Positions 39,034 to 50,510 of a stretch of DNA of 64,000 bases are shown one piece after another. Each line of letters starts with the position of its first letter. Position 1 is the first letter of the stretch. The notes beneath the pieces are model-generated. The model saw nothing but the letters and a program-made list of their open reading frames with translations, had not been told where the DNA came from and made no database searches. The DNA is from Trypethelium eluteriae (taxonomy: Eukaryota). The stretch is taken from the NCBI GenBank assembly GCA_051942245.1, contig JAVECL010000045.1:1-64000 (forward strand), given 5' to 3'. The position numbers and the translations under genes were made by a program.

Positions 39034-40692
39034 TCAGCCCACGCATTTCCAGCTGCATCCCTGCCTGAGAAACGGTACAAACAATTCCTCCCAATTTGTG
39101 AAGCCCCGATCAAGACGATAATACCAGAATTCGATCCATTCGGTTCTCCTGATGATGTATGGGCGCCCACATATGGTACAGATTTTGGCATTATCTCCTC
39201 TTGTTTCTCGGGCAACTTGCAGCCCGCAGGAGACAGATTCCGGAATATCTTTCGGAAGTAAAGCCCGGAGATCAGAGAAGAAAGGTGACGCGCTACAAGT
39301 GCGGAGAGCGAGTTCGAAGAGCGACGGTACGGACGACGCACCGTCAACTTGAGGTGGCAACTCGGTTTCGGCTCCAAGGCGTATAGGAAATACTTTGGCT
39401 GAAGGAGATACTGAACTTGGGGATACTGAGCCCCGGCCTGCTGTCAGGTTGGACGCGAGAGAGCCGTCGGCGTTGTAAAAATCGATGTCACTCTTGGAAA
39501 GATAGACTGGCTGATACAGGTTCCACTTGCCCTCCAAAGCAAAATCGCTTTCGGTTTCAAGCCGATCATCTGCTATGATACGTAGTAGTCGTAGGTCAAG
39601 GAGTTGGAGAACCCAAGGAAGATGATCTCTGTCACTCTCGACTTCGCAGTTTTGAAAATATGCACATAAATTATCTCTGTACTCTTCTGCAACGTTGCGC
39701 GTGACATCGAGTCTGACGCCCTTGGAGAAATATCCTTTGGGTTGCGGAAGCACCTGTAGAAACGGGTTGGGATACAGATATAAGTGCGTCAGCTTTCCGG
39801 GATCTCGCAATAAGTCTAAAAGCTCGAATGGCAGCCATCGGAGGAGGTTATTAGCTACGTTGAGCGAGACCAGATTGCGCAATCTGCCGATGGAACCAGG
39901 AAGTTCAACAAGTTTGTTGCCGCGTAGGCTGAGTACCGTGAGATGCTCAAGGTTAAGGATGGCAGATGGAATAGAGCGCAGTCGATTAGCGGAGAGGTAT
40001 AATTGAAGCGCTGGAGCAAGCGAACGGTAAAGCTCCGGACTTGGGGCGCGATCCTCAGCCCGAGGAAGTTTGATGATTTGTTGCAGTGGCTCCAGCAACT
40101 CGTCTGGTACAGATTCGAGCTCCAGATCGCTGTTTGAGAATTAGTAGTGTTGCCTCTTGAACGGGTCATTACTGTCAGTATTGACGTACGATAGATCGAT
40201 CATTTCACTGTTGTGCTCAACACAGTGAAGCACGCCCAACCTCAGGCATTCCTCATTTGCTGGCAATTGCTGGCTCGATGAACCGGACTGCTGAGAGGAT
40301 CGAAGTGGAAGCTCTGCTCTCATCGAATTTGCTGGATACTGAAATCCCGCTGGATATGAAGACGTCGATCGTCCTTTCATCTCAGTCAATGGCAAAGCTT
40401 CCACGTGCGTATCAGGAAGGCTGTCGTCGGTCTCATCGCTTCCCATATATATTCCACTGTCAATTTTCCTAGAAATTCCAATTCTTTTCGACGGTCGATC
40501 ATTATCCCACCAGGCGCCCCTAAACTGTCTCTTGCTGATCCTCTGCACCAAGTAGTCATCAGCAGACGGCTCAGGGCCATCACTTGAGAAGATAGGATCG
40601 CTCGAGGTATTTACATCATCCAGAGTCACCCTAGATCTTTTAAGTGGTCTCGCATCGAGCGATAACTCTGGTAGGTCGATTTCTTCCTCCAT
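39034..40692 (-). CDS. Leucine-rich-repeat protein with C-terminal Cys motif; exons 40692-40190, 40129-39034
   Basis: LxxLxLxxNxL repeats (LQLYLSANRLRSIP, LTVLSLRGNKLVELP, LVSLNVANNLLRWLP); VPSLFELAL; CTIC...FLRQGCSWKC; intron GTACGT...CTAAT...CAG. Confidence 0.88.
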
Positions 40693-41277
40693 TGATATTA
40701 AGTAGGTAGATAGCGAGTTCCGACGTGGGCACGTCTTGGAAAGTTTGGCGGGTCCATAGTAGCACAGAAGACGCGTTGTTGATGGGATGACGCCAGTTCG
40801 CAGCTAGCGTCCGCTTCCGCTTTACAGTACTAGCGCATTAGTTTCCTGACATACAAAACCTATCCGCCTCACCCGAAATAGGTGGGACCGTGGGAGTACA
40901 ACATTAAAACTTCAATTGACTATCCAAATAATTAAATTACACATCAAAGCCTTCTCTTTTTTTGAGTATACGTTTACAGCTTCGAATTGTGACTCCAATA
41001 TAAATTTAATAAATGTTGTCTGCCACTTTATTGAATTAAAAATGGTAAAAGTAATCGGGTTTTGGTGAGAGATAGCGGGAGTGTCGGGAGACTAATGCGG
41101 GGTGACTATACATGCGACAGGGATCAGGTTTCTCAAAAAGTGCAAACGACTTGACTCACCAAGTCCCAACCTGTCAGCTCAATACATAACGGAGTGATGA
41201 GGCTTCCAGTCGAAAGATCAATTTGCATGAAAAGCGAACAACGCCCTATCCTTGAAGCCCATCACTGAAATTTAAAG

Positions 41278-42120
41278 ATGGCGACAGAAGAAACACAGGC
41301 AGAATCCGCTCAACGCCTATATGATCAACGAGGCTCAAACTACGATGACTCTCATCATCCATCTTTCGTGGCAAAATTTGTCAAGTTTGCAAACTTCCAA
41401 CCTGGCCAAAGAGTTCTCGATCTCGCGTGTGGAACTGGCCTTGTGACTTTCCTTGCCTCCAGTGCTGTCGGTTCTGATGGAGAAGTCATCGGAGTCGATA
41501 TTAGCAGTGGCATGCTTGCTCAAGCAAGAGTGAGGAAAGATCAAGAACCTGATAAATTCTCAAACGTCCGACTTTACCAGCATGACATTACCAGAATTGA
41601 AGAAATTCCAGACATCCAACAAACCAGCTTCGACTTTGTGACCTGCGCCTCTGCTCTCGTACTCTTGAAAGATCCCCTAGCAGCAGTGAAGAGCTGGGCA
41701 AAGTATCTGAAACCGGGTGGAAAGTTTGTCACGGACGTCATTGATCCGCACAACTTCATTGACGGAATGGTCATTGAAAGAGTTGGGCGGAGGATGGGCC
41801 TACCCGTGCCTTACAACCGTGACTGGGTCAAAGGTGAAGAGTCACTGCCGGGACTCATAAGAGAGGCTGGTCTTGAGGTCGACAAATACACCAGCATGCC
41901 CGCAATCGGGACAGGCACCAAGTATTTCGACTTGAGCGACGCGGACAACGTCTTTGTAAGCAAGGTTATTACCTCGGAAGCTGCAAAACATCTCGCCACA
42001 GCAGATGTTCGAGATCAAGCAAGGAGGATCTTCAAAGAGGAGTGGTTGAAGGTGGCAGATGATAATGATAAGATCAAAGACATTGACTGTACCTATGTGG
42101 TAATGGGTAGGAAGCCTTAA
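41278..42120 (+). CDS. Class I SAM-dependent methyltransferase (UbiE/Methyltransf-like)
   Basis: RVLDLACGTG, GVDISSGML, FDFVTC, LKPGG motifs. Confidence 0.92.
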   Translation: MATEETQAESAQRLYDQRGSNYDDSHHPSFVAKFVKFANFQPGQRVLDLACGTGLVTFLASSAVGSDGEVIGVDISSGMLAQARVRKDQEPDKFSNVRLYQHDITRIEEIPDIQQTSFDFVTCASALVLLKDPLAAVKSWAKYLKPGGKFVTDVIDPHNFIDGMVIERVGRRMGLPVPYNRDWVKGEESLPGLIREAGLEVDKYTSMPAIGTGTKYFDLSDADNVFVSKVITSEAAKHLATADVRDQARRIFKEEWLKVADDNDKIKDIDCTYVVMGRKP

Positions 42121-42311
42121 GACAGGTATGCATACAGTAGTCGAGAGCAATCCATAGACGTATAAAACACGCTCATTTGTGCTCCTTCCACGAGGTGGTC
42201 CCAACGCCGTGCTGATTTTAAACCTGACAAACGCCAATCTCGATGCAACTTTCCTCACCCAGTCTCAGTCGTGTATATGAGGTATACGATGCTTACTCCA
42301 GATAATTTCTG

Positions 42312-42914
42312 CTAGGCCCTTTTCCCAATAGCGGCATCAATCTCTTTCTTTAGGGATTGAAGCTCCTGATCATTTCCTTCAAAATCCAAGCCTTGCTTCA
42401 CCCAATCGGCCGCCTCCTCGGGCCTTCCCATCTCTATCAGACACCTGCCCTTTCTCCACCAAGACTTAGGGTTCTGAACCTTCTTGCATTCGAGACTCGA
42501 CTCTGCGTCGATTGATCCCTCGGGCCACGCTTGTATGGCCATATGTGCTTGCGCCCTGTTTGCGTATAATCCCGAGACCTCCTCGCGAACCAAGCCCGCG
42601 GGCTCCCACGCAGGTCTTTGTATCGCCATCTCCAAGCCTAAAGAGTAGAGCCGTATTGCTTCTTGGTAGGAGCCTTTTCGGAAGGCGGTATTGCCAGCTT
42701 CACGCATCTTTGTTATCTGGCCACTGCGCTTCGGATCCACTGGAACAGGGGGTGGGGGTGTAGGAGCATTAAGACCGACGATGGCCCGATTGAGGAGGTT
42801 CAGTTGATGTATTTCAGCTTCAGTTGAGGACGAGGTAGTGCCGGGAAAGGAGATAGCCTTTGTTTGCGGATCAATCTGGAGGGGCAGTTGGCTGAATGTT
42901 TCTTCAACCTCCAT
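42312..42914 (-). CDS. SEC72: Sec62/63 complex TPR subunit Sec72
   Basis: ATG at 42914 (MEVEETFSQLPLQIDP); PPPPVPVDPKRS, REAGNTAFRK, RPAWEP, YANRAQA, KSWWRKGRCL TPR motifs. Confidence 0.9.
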   Translation of the reverse strand: MEVEETFSQLPLQIDPQTKAISFPGTTSSSTEAEIHQLNLLNRAIVGLNAPTPPPPVPVDPKRSGQITKMREAGNTAFRKGSYQEAIRLYSLGLEMAIQRPAWEPAGLVREEVSGLYANRAQAHMAIQAWPEGSIDAESSLECKKVQNPKSWWRKGRCLIEMGRPEEAADWVKQGLDFEGNDQELQSLKKEIDAAIGKRA

Positions 42915-43623
42915 GTTATTGATCTGGTGGGTCCAGAATCGAGTATGAGAGTGAGTATGAGTTGAGGGAAGTTGGTGTAGAGACGTAGGAGATATCAAAT
43001 TGGAATTACCTAAAGAAGCCACGCATCTCTGATGAGTGACATTACACTGTCTAGGCAATTCTGCCGGATCTTTCCGCCCGCAGATGATCCGTGCACCGAC
43101 GTTTATTTTCCTAGCCCTCCCCTCTGTGCCCGCCCGGCCGTGCCTGCTCCTGCGGACCACTCCGTACGCCCTTCTACACCATCATCTTTACTTTGCTCGT
43201 CTAGTGATACACCTCCAACGACTGATCAGCATGCGAAGGATAGCGCGTCAGTGAAAATTCAAATTTAGGCGCAACCTCGACAGGACGATGCTTCCGATTT
43301 GTAATTTTCATCCACCGCCACGTGCTACTTTTTTAAACTTTTTTTCGGGCGCAAGTCGCCTCGTCTTCCGGACCTTCTTGGCTTTGCGCACGCATGCAGT
43401 GGGCCTAGCTAGCCAGCCCAAGGTAATTACCTTATCTAACACGTGCACGTCAGAGCAGATACCAACCGGATCCAAGAAATCTGTAAGTCTACGATTTCTT
43501 GTTTCCGACGCGTTCTGAGACTGGGAGACCTGAACAATTGGTGGTAAGTCTACTTTCTTACGGAGTACTCACTGTCCTATTGTTCCTTACAGCGCCAGCT
43601 CCTTCCCCTTCACCATGTCAAGC

Positions 43624-43714
43624 GCCTATGATGAATGGTACTTCAGTACCTGTATCAAAGATAGGAAGAGAATGATCCGAAGTTCGGATATGATCTCCAC
43701 TAGCATTCTGAGGC
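43624..43714 (+). ncRNA. Box C/D snoRNA
   Basis: Terminal stem GCCT/AGGC; box C ATGATGA 43628-43634; guide GATAGGAAGAG 43660-43670 then D' ATGA 43672-43675; internal hairpin TCCGA-AGT-TCGGA; C'-like ATGATCT; box D CTGA 43708-43711. The guide is the reverse complement of CUCUUCCUAUC, which I recall from LSU rRNA domain V. Confidence 0.8.
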
Positions 43715-46700
43715 CCCTCACAGTTTTTCCAACACTTTTCATGATGGTCTTCTTAGTGCTTGTAAAAGTAACTCGGCAAATGAGCTACGACGATCTTGAT
43801 GATCTTCATACAATTACTGACGTCAAAGTAATAGGGTATCGTTGTCATCATTGTTGTCACTTCCAAACTCAGGTATCGACGTCGATCGTTATAATCGACT
43901 CTCAGGTAGGTCCGCTAGGAAATTCACTAGCGTCTTAGTCACGTGTGGAAAAATCCATGGAAATAATCGTTCGGGTGCTGGTGGTGGACCTTTGGTGATC
44001 CAGTCTATACCTCGACCGGCGACTCTCGAAGCCCGAGTCAGAGGTAGTCGATTTCAAGAAAGTCGCTTACAAGCTTGCATGGGTCAAAATTCTGCTATTG
44101 GCAAAGCTTCTTGCTTCTCTGGGGAATCCATGTGACTGTGCCCGGCAGTTTCCTTCGAACAATGCTGCTCACTATCGAATTGAAAGCACTGCAACAAACG
44201 CAATTGAAGTTTTTAGGATTTCAGAGGTGCCCACCCTCAAGTAATTTACAATACAGCGCAGCCAGCCTCCACACATTCAATCTGTGACATCTGGAAATTT
44301 TGTAGTCCACCTGAAATTTGCAGTGTCCCCGTTTCGGAAAGACAATTCACCAATGTTCCCAAGGGTTTAATTTGACCCACTTCTACAATGAATAGCGTCA
44401 GAGATGTTGACACGATACGTATGGGGCTGATTGCGTGTCGAATGCCGTTCACCGTCTGCCTGGCCCGTGCAAGGACGGTACGTACAGATTGATTTTGGTC
44501 AGCCATCGGTTTGCGGGAATTCTGGAGAGAGGTAAATGCTTTCTCATCGATAACGTCTAGCATCAAGTGGTACCTGCGTACACAGCCTCTTGCTTTGCGG
44601 GAGAAAGTACCCACAAAAATTTTCGACTCTCCTTCTAGCGGCAGTCCTGAGTCTTGTCCGGTCTCAAGATCTGACCGAGCTTTGTACAGTACTAGCACGA
44701 CTGGCTACTCGCAATGATCCCTCCGTGTTTCCTTCTAGAAACGGACTGGGAACAAGGTGTGCACATGCATTTTGCATTCCGTCTAATTTCCCAGGGGGTA
44801 AAAGCGGCGCGACAAAGCCGGGAGTGCCCTCCACCTCCGAGGTTGGAGCTATAATTGGAAAAGCTTTACGAACAACCTCTCTCAAGGCATCGAACTATCC
44901 GCTCTCCCCCCAGCGTGGGTCTTAATACTTTATTATATGGATGGGATCAAGGTTTCATGTGTCTACATTCATGATCATGGAGACTCCAAAATACTGCGAC
45001 TGCTGCATGAACACAATTTGGGCCTTGTCTCCACAGCCTATTTCGTCGGAAGAGGCGTTTGATTTCTACCGATCCGTCGCGACTTATTTCCTCGTCGTCA
45101 TCATGCACAATCTCAAACAACCGCCGAGATGCACACGGTTGGTCCTCGAAAACAACGGACTTCCATTATCGTAATTCCCAACCATGGCATCTGACACTGT
45201 GCTTTCGACCGGAACAACTTTGCTATTGTAGGAGCTGATGCTTATAATCATATTACCAACGCAACAGGATACTGTTGGCATTTTCATTTTGCGCATCCCA
45301 GCCGACTCCTTCCCCAATACTGCCCTGCATGAGGATTATTTCGAGATGCAGCAATACAGTTACCGCATCGAGAATTAAGCACACCGATAGACTCGGCTGC
45401 TAAGCGAAGCGAATCATGAGCTTCATTGAGGTCGGCCATACTTCGTTCCTGCAGCGAGCAGCGGAAACCCTTCTGCAAGAGAGGAGACTGTCTCACGCGT
45501 ATGGAGTGCCTAGCCACCGTAGTCCTCTGTCTTGACACGGCGAGACGCGGATATGCAACGCTTCTTTTCGTCCCAGCTGCGGGGCACGACAAGTGGTGGG
45601 CAAAGCCTAAAGCTTCACTCTTCAAGTGCATCCGCGACGTATCCAGGCCCGATTTTAATTTTTATCTGCCAATGCTTTGCCCCGCAAAGACGATAGGTGT
45701 ATCGATTGTTGATAACGAGGCAGCCACGGCACAGTCCTGGCGTGGGCCTCGCGACCCAACTAAAGCGCCTTCTCGAAGGCTGATGCAACAATTCCATGGT
45801 CGGGCTCGTATCGATTGGTCCATCACGCGGCTCAATTTATCGATCCGGCTCGTCCGCGGTCTCACGGTCCCCACCTACGAGAGTCTTCCCCGTTTGCTCG
45901 TTTTTGCGACGGCTGGATCTACAGACTATCGCAATAACGGCTTGACGGATCACGATTTGCTCTGGCTCACGGCCCCTTTGGTACACCCTGATACCGGCAA
46001 ACTGACATGTGTGACGTCCTCTTCCGTGCGCCAGATCCAATGTCTCCAGAAAAGTTAGTTTGCCGGGTTCAGGACGAAAAGTTGCCACGCCAGAACTTTG
46101 TCCTGATCTCGCCAGGAAATTTTTTTCGAAGGCGCACAGGCTACACGAATAACGCCTCCATTTTACTGGAGCTGAGACCCTGGACGGCTGGTGTAGTGCA
46201 TGTCCACCAATGCTGAGGCCTGCAAGTTGTCTACGGTTGGTCTGGCTCGCCGCTCCAATGAAATGGGAAACCTGCCCTAGTCTCGCAATTGCTGCACCTT
46301 AACTCATTCTCCCTCGAAGGGCTGGCAGAAACGACGAGAAGGCGACAAGTAGTCAACGGTGGCCTGCGATGCGACCTACCACATGCTTTGCAGAGAGTTT
46401 AGAGATCTCGTTGGTTGTCGCTGGCGCGTAAGGCATGCGGTAAAAGTCTCACGCTGGCACGCTGCCTGGCCGGTCTGCTGCAAGTGCCCAGCAAATGATG
46501 CAACACCAAGGGAAATCTTCCGAATACGGACGCATACGCTAACAAGCAGTGGCCCGGCCGGCCACAAGGGCTGTGCCTTTCACACATGGGAGGCCGTAGA
46601 GGCCTGCTCCAGTGCTTATGCAGTTTTTGTGCCGCCGGCGTCGCCGCTCTAAGCCGTCACCTTCCAAGCGAATGCGTCGAGCGAGTCAAGGACCCGGGCT

Positions 46701-47611
46701 GAAGATGCACGAAGGATCGACCTTGATCCAACCGGTCCCTTTGGTCCCACAATTCCCAATCCCGGACTGGCGGCACTGAGGCAGTGGCTTTGCACACTCT
46801 GCAGCGACTAGCCCGCCAAGATGCTGTGCTAGATGTACACCATGCTTGGGCCGCCGGGGGTTGCATTGAATGCCCTGGAGCGTGCAGGCCTGGCTCTCCA
46901 GGGCTCGCGCTTCCCGACTTTAACCCCCCTCCATGCCATCGCTCCAATGACTGCAATAGCGTGAAGCCGCGCGCCCCCAAGTTTCTTTTAGCTCGATGCT
47001 TCCTTTTGTGCCTGACAGCCGGCATTCTGCACCGCTACTCTTTCTTTCTGCCACTATTCGACGCTGTTGTTTCGACTGTCGTTCGTTGCTGATCTGTACT
47101 TTATCCGCTCACTTCCCCCGTCACTCGTTCCCGTTATCCTTCAGGGTTCATTAATCCAACCTTCCGCACGTTTCAGTGTCTTCTCTATCGTTGATTTCTT
47201 CTTTCGTCATCTACACTCATTAACGAGATTCTCATCCATTTTTTTGTTTGCTCGGCCATCTCACTCAAAGATCGGCCTGTCCTTCCTTTGGAACTCTCCT
47301 TGTATCCCTGTGTGTGTAATTCAACTCGGATACGTTCCGCTTAGTACCCTTAGTAGACGTCAGATGGAATAATTGTCTGTCGTTGATCTGTCATTCCTTA
47401 CGGATTTCCCATATCAAAATACTCTCGAACCTGGACTCTTGTTCCAAGGTCCAAAAGTGTAATACCATATATCGACACAGTCACAACGACATCAAAAACT
47501 AACCTATCAAACCGGGAGTGTAAATATATTGGTGAGCTCCTTGGATTGTCTGCAACTGAAGCGAAGTCTGACAAGAACTAGTACTGCCCGAAACAAATCT
47601 CGACATCCACA

Positions 47612-49459
47612 ATGGAAATGCCTTACTCAGGACAAACCCCGCAGATCATGGGCCCATCTGCTTTCTACTACTACAACCCAGCATCAAGCCCAGAGGCTAA
47701 GCAACATGGTCACTTCTCTCCTCAGCCCTACGCCGTTATGAACAGTAATGGAAGCCGACAAGGCTACACGCCCCAAACTCCTGGCAACTATCCCATGCAG
47801 TTGTACCCACGACCTCCAACCTCTGATTGCTCGGGAACGCCCTTTTACACCCCCCAAGGAATGATGACCCCTCAAGCATCGCCACGTGCCGAGTGTCAGA
47901 AGCCAACCATTGTTGTGCAGCACGACTCGCCATTGCTCATGCCCTTGGATACTTCGTGCGCGAATGAGCTTTACATGCCTGGAACACCCACTCTTTCAAC
48001 TTCAGGAAGCGCCATCAGTAGCCCACCTTCACTCTGCGAGTTTCTACCAACGCCGACCAGCGGTGTTTTCTTTGATGGTGAGAGCTTCAACGGTGTGAAG
48101 GAGGGTTGTGAGGAAGAAGTCTTTTCCGAAGTCCTGGCGGCCGGTGATTGGACCCGCCCTGGATCTCCACCTCTGTCACCTGGTAAGCCCACTACCCAGT
48201 ACCTATCTTATCTACAGGAACGGCGCAGCAGTCGAAGCTGTTGCCTTTTCCAATATTTGAAATGATCAGCTGCATGATTTGTGGATTTGTGGGTTTGAGC
48301 TAACCCGATTCTGGCGGCAGTTTTCATCAACCCCCCCTCGGCTATTCCCGCTTCGCAGAACGCGCACCTTCTTTCAGCGAGCTCATGTCCATCCCTCTCG
48401 CCATCGCCTTCACCCGCGCCTCAAGCCGTCGTATTTGAAGAATCGGCCAACGTTTGCGACCCCCGTACACTTCTCGTCACTTCCCAAGCCTCCGTGTCGA
48501 CGCTTCCCTGCTTGCCTACTCTAGCCGGTGATGACGAAGAACACAAGATTGTCTTCAAAGGCGATCACATAGTCTCCCAGCCTGAGGTCGCGGAAATTTC
48601 TGCCGTCGACGTCACTTGCGGTCTTCCGTCCTTCGAACCTTTGTTCGAGCTCGATCTCGAGGACGACTCTGGTGTTCAGCTCCCAGCCACCGATAACGCT
48701 CACTTTTCGGGTGCCAAGCGTCAGCGCATTGATCAGTCGTTCTCACTTGCCACAGAAGAAGAACCTTTCTCAGAGACGCAAAGCGACTTCGGCGACGATT
48801 CGATACTTTCTTTTAACTACGAATCTTCGAATATGATGTCTGAACTTAACGTACGCAGCCGCCGTTCTACTCGATCTTCCGAAAGCGATGCCAAATTTGA
48901 TCCCCACGATGGAGATGATGAGGCTCATGAGAGTCATCAGGCTACGCCTGGTCAACAATCCTCAGCCACCCCAGGTGCCACTTCACCAACGGATAACTCG
49001 GATAGCTCTAGTTCGAATGATGTTGCACCATCAAGTGGTCCAGTGAGTCGTCGTGGTCGCAAGCAATCATTGACCGAGGATCCTTCGAAGACCTTTGTGT
49101 GCACACTCTGCTCACGACGATTCCGCCGACAGGAACATCTCAAGCGACATTATCGATCCCTTCATACCCATGAGAAACCCTTTGAGTGCAATGACTGCGG
49201 AAAGAAGTTCTCCCGAAGCGACAACCTTTCGCAGCATCAACGGACACACGGCAGTGGGGCAGTCGTCATGGGTGTTTTGGACGAGGCTGATGCTCGTCAG
49301 AAGAGGGACGGATACACCAGCTCGGACACTGAAGCCCTGGCCACCAGACTCTTTGATGCTGCGTTGGCTGCTCATGATGCACCAACCTCGTCCAGTTCTT
49401 CTGATGACTCTTCATCGGAGAGGAGTCAAAAGAAGCGTAAGAGGGAAGAGAGCTCATAA
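47612..49459 (+). CDS. seb1: Msn2/Msn4-related C2H2 stress-response transcription factor (Seb1/SebA/MsnA type); exons 47612-48182, 48321-49459
   Basis: [39 protein letters not shown]...[29 protein letters not shown] across intron 48183-48320; probable 5'-UTR intron 47532-47581. Confidence 0.92.
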
Positions 49460-50510
49460 ATCCTTTGGGTACGAATCTTCTATTTGCCATCCATTTCTCA
49501 ACCGGGATTTCTTTTGTCCGACTCAACTCTTCAACGGGGCAGCGATGGCGTTTGCGGAGACCATAGATCACGATGAATGGGGATATGAAAGGATTCTAGC
49601 TGGCTCCAGCAGTGGCGCGATCTGGCCGGTAGAGAATCCTTTCTTCATGACGACCAACATAATTGCTTGTCCGGTGACTTCAGTCTCTGGCTTTCAATGA
49701 ACAAATCAATCGGCCACACACAGCACTCTCTCTGCACTGGACGGCAGAAAAGGGGAGCATCGGAATTATCGGGAAGGGAAACTGCTAGGCATATTGGTTG
49801 ATGTGTTAATGCCATTTTTCCAAGCTAATCGTTTTAATATTCTGGAGCCGTTCGAGTGATATGTCTCTGGATACTTTTCGTTTCCTTCTCTTGTACTCTA
49901 TTGTCTTGTCTCAGCGGTCGGCGGAGAGGAAATTGTATTTACATGTGCCGGTCACAACTACCAAACTGTACAATTCAATTGAATGCGTTAAATTGTTCGA
50001 CTGTCTTATACAGAAATTGGTACTTCAAGATTCGCAGACTTATTTAAGACCAGCTTGGCCCAAGCCAAGTTCCTGGCTTAAGAGATAGTGTGCACCTCTC
50101 ACAGCTGAATCCGTACATGTAACCTAATTTGGGTATGCATTGCCGAATTGAGGTTACTTGACTGGTGTCGCTCCGTTTGAGTTTCGAACTGCTAAGCTGC
50201 CCTCAACGTGCGATGGCCGATGACTATTGTTACGATATGATGATATGCTTGATCCTCACCCCACGGCACTTCCTTCACCTGCATCCACCCATCAATAAGA
50301 CCGTAATTCCTTGTTACCTTACCAACCCCGTTCAATTCAATACAATAGGTCCCGCCACAGATAAAGGTTAAGTCTTCTTGTACCTCGGACGCTATGCTGA
50401 ACCAGTTAGTGCTTTTCTTCAAGACTACCCATCTTTTCGTTACATAAATAGTTCGATGGAAGCTTCTCCCTAGATTCCATCTCTTGTGCCATACCTTCGA
50501 CATTGTGACA

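Noticed and set aside
41194..41216. Hammerhead-like TGATGA...GAAA spacing
   Set aside because: Core reads GTGATGA rather than CTGATGA, and the stems do not fit hammerhead topology.
42915..43160. N-terminal extension of the SEC72 ORF in the track
   Set aside because: Non-ATG start; the conserved protein begins at ATG 42914.
45426..46058. 210-aa + strand ORF upstream of seb1
   Set aside because: TTG start, Cys/Arg-rich random-like composition, no domain.
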